From a bacterium (GTDB taxonomy: Bacteria; JAMORN01), in NCBI GenBank assembly GCA_027063545.1, contig JAMORN010000180.1:1-27783 (forward strand): DNA of 27,783 bases, read 5' to 3'. The notes beneath the pieces are model-generated. The model was not told where the DNA came from. It saw nothing but the letters and a program-made list of their open reading frames with translations, and did no database searches. Shown here piece after piece: positions 26,346 to 27,783 of this stretch (position 1 is the stretch's first letter; the number at the start of each line of letters is the position of its first letter). Made by a program: the position numbers and the translations under genes.

Positions 26346-27783
26346 ATGATAAATAAAAAAAATTTTATAATAATAACCTTTTTGTTTTTAGTTTTATTTC
26401 CTATATCTATTTTTTCTAAACAAACTCTTGAAATATGGATAATGCCTAATGGAGCAAATCCTCAAGGGATATTAGAAGATATTCTTAAGGATTTTGAAAA
26501 ACAAAATAATGTAAAGGTAAATGTAAAAGTATTAGATTGGGGTGTTGCTTGGGCAAAGATTTCTCAGGCTTTAGAAAAAGGAGAAGGGCCAGACATTTTA
26601 CAATTAGGAACAACATGGACAGCTTATTTCGCCTCAAAGGGTTATTTAACAATATTAAATAAAAAATTGCCAAAAAATTATAAAGAAAGATTTTTAGATA
26701 TAAGCTGGAAAACATGCGAAATATATGGAGATTCTTTAGTATATGCAGTCCCTTGGTTTGTTGATGTTAGAGTTTTGTTAGGGAATAAAAAGTATCTAGA
26801 TAGTTTAAATATTACTGATTCCTTAGTATCTACATATGAAGGATTTAAAGAAGCTTTAAAAAGAATAAAGAAAGCTAATTTAAAAACAGATAATAATTTA
26901 AAAGTATATCCTTTTGGTTTTCCAGGAAAAGCCGATTGGAACATTCCTCATAATTTTGCTCCTTGGATTTGGTCTGAAGGAGGAAGTTTTATTATATACA
27001 AAAATGGAAGATGGCATAGTAATCTTTTAAATACAAATACATTAAAAGGTATAAAGAAATATTTAAGTTTTGTATTGGATTCTTTAATAGATCCTAAAAC
27101 GTTAAAGGAAAATACTGCATTAGTTGCCCAAAGATTTAATAATGGACAACTTGCTTTTATTATTAATACAACAGAGATATTGATGCAAACAAAGATAACA
27201 ATTAATCAAGGAGGGCTAAAAGAGTCTTCCATAGGTAAAAGTGGAATTTATTCCTTTAGAATTCCAAGAGGAGAGAAAGGTTCTATATCATTTGTTGGAG
27301 GAAGTAATTTGTGTATACCTATAAATAACAAAAATAATCCTTTAGCATTAAAATTACTTTTATATTTAACATCAAAAAAAGCATTGGATGAGTATACAAA
27401 AAGTATAGGTTTTTTACCGCCTGATAAAGAATTGTTAGATACATGGGCGAAGGATAGTTTATATAAAAATGTTGTAGCAGCTGCTAAAGAAGGAAGAGCA
27501 TATCCATCTATTCCTAAGTGGGGGTTAATAGAGGCTTTATTAGCTAATATGTTTTCTGAAGTATGGAGTTTAATGGATGGATTTTATTCGGAAGAAAGGT
27601 TATATAAAATTATTCTATCATATCATAAAAAATTAGAAACAGAAATTTTAGAAAATGAATTGGATACCTTAGAATATAACAATTTTTTAAATAAAGTAGA
27701 AAGCATTAGTAAAAATAAAGAATTAGGTTCTAATAAAAAAACAAAGAATATAACTAAGACAAATTTATCAAAAAATTCTGATT
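26346..27783 (+). CDS. Extracellular solute-binding protein family 1 (sugar-type), 3'-truncated, with C-terminal extension; missing from the ORF track
   Basis: SD AAGGAG at 26335-26340; frame open for 479 codons to the window end: MINKKNFIIITFLFLVLFPISIFS-KQTLEIWIMPNG...VLDWGVAW.KI...GPDILQLGTTW...YAVPWFVDVR...PWIWSEGG...SFVGGSNL...GFLP. Confidence 0.9.
   Translation, partial: MINKKNFIIITFLFLVLFPISIFSKQTLEIWIMPNGANPQGILEDILKDFEKQNNVKVNVKVLDWGVAWAKISQALEKGEGPDILQLGTTWTAYFASKGYLTILNKKLPKNYKERFLDISWKTCEIYGDSLVYAVPWFVDVRVLLGNKKYLDSLNITDSLVSTYEGFKEALKRIKKANLKTDNNLKVYPFGFPGKADWNIPHNFAPWIWSEGGSFIIYKNGRWHSNLLNTNTLKGIKKYLSFVLDSLIDPKTLKENTALVAQRFNNGQLAFIINTTEILMQTKITINQGGLKESSIGKSGIYSFRIPRGEKGSISFVGGSNLCIPINNKNNPLALKLLLYLTSKKALDEYTKSIGFLPPDKELLDTWAKDSLYKNVVAAAKEGRAYPSIPKWGLIEALLANMFSEVWSLMDGFYSEERLYKIILSYHKKLETEILENELDTLEYNNFLNKVESISKNKELGSNKKTKNITKTNLSKNSD

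Overview
Very AT-rich bacterial chromosomal window (roughly a quarter G+C by eye, not computed), probably from a diderm: it encodes Wzx/Wzy-type proteins and two predicted outer-membrane beta-barrels. In order it holds: the end of the F1Fo ATP synthase operon (atpD partial, atpC, terminator); a small divergent surface-glycan cluster (Wzy_C-type membrane protein and GT4 on minus; flippase on plus) running into rlmI, an acidic ORFan, an EFR1-type flavodoxin-ferredoxin, a CgeB-like GT-TPR and a large exported barrel protein; a CYTH + PorV-like pair; a cysE-hisC-comM-metF-gpgS run; a BI-1/YccA gene; a minus-strand run PTS-EIIA / CPA2 antiporter / PII-like / YjfB-like / MoxR AAA+ / 622-aa partner / manC; and a sugar-binding protein that runs off the end. 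I found no rRNA, tRNA, CRISPR array, transposase, integrase or phage gene. Best leads: (1) a MoxR ATPase coupled to an uncharacterised partner that looks like a TraB/YehM-like domain fused to a degenerate VWA-like domain; (2) a near-consensus sigma-28 promoter driving an unannotated 53-aa YjfB-like gene directly upstream of that module; (3) an EIIA-antiporter-PII-like triad; (4) a hammerhead-ribozyme-like structured element between the atp terminator and the wzy-like gene. All family assignments come from motif recognition by eye; no database search was run.
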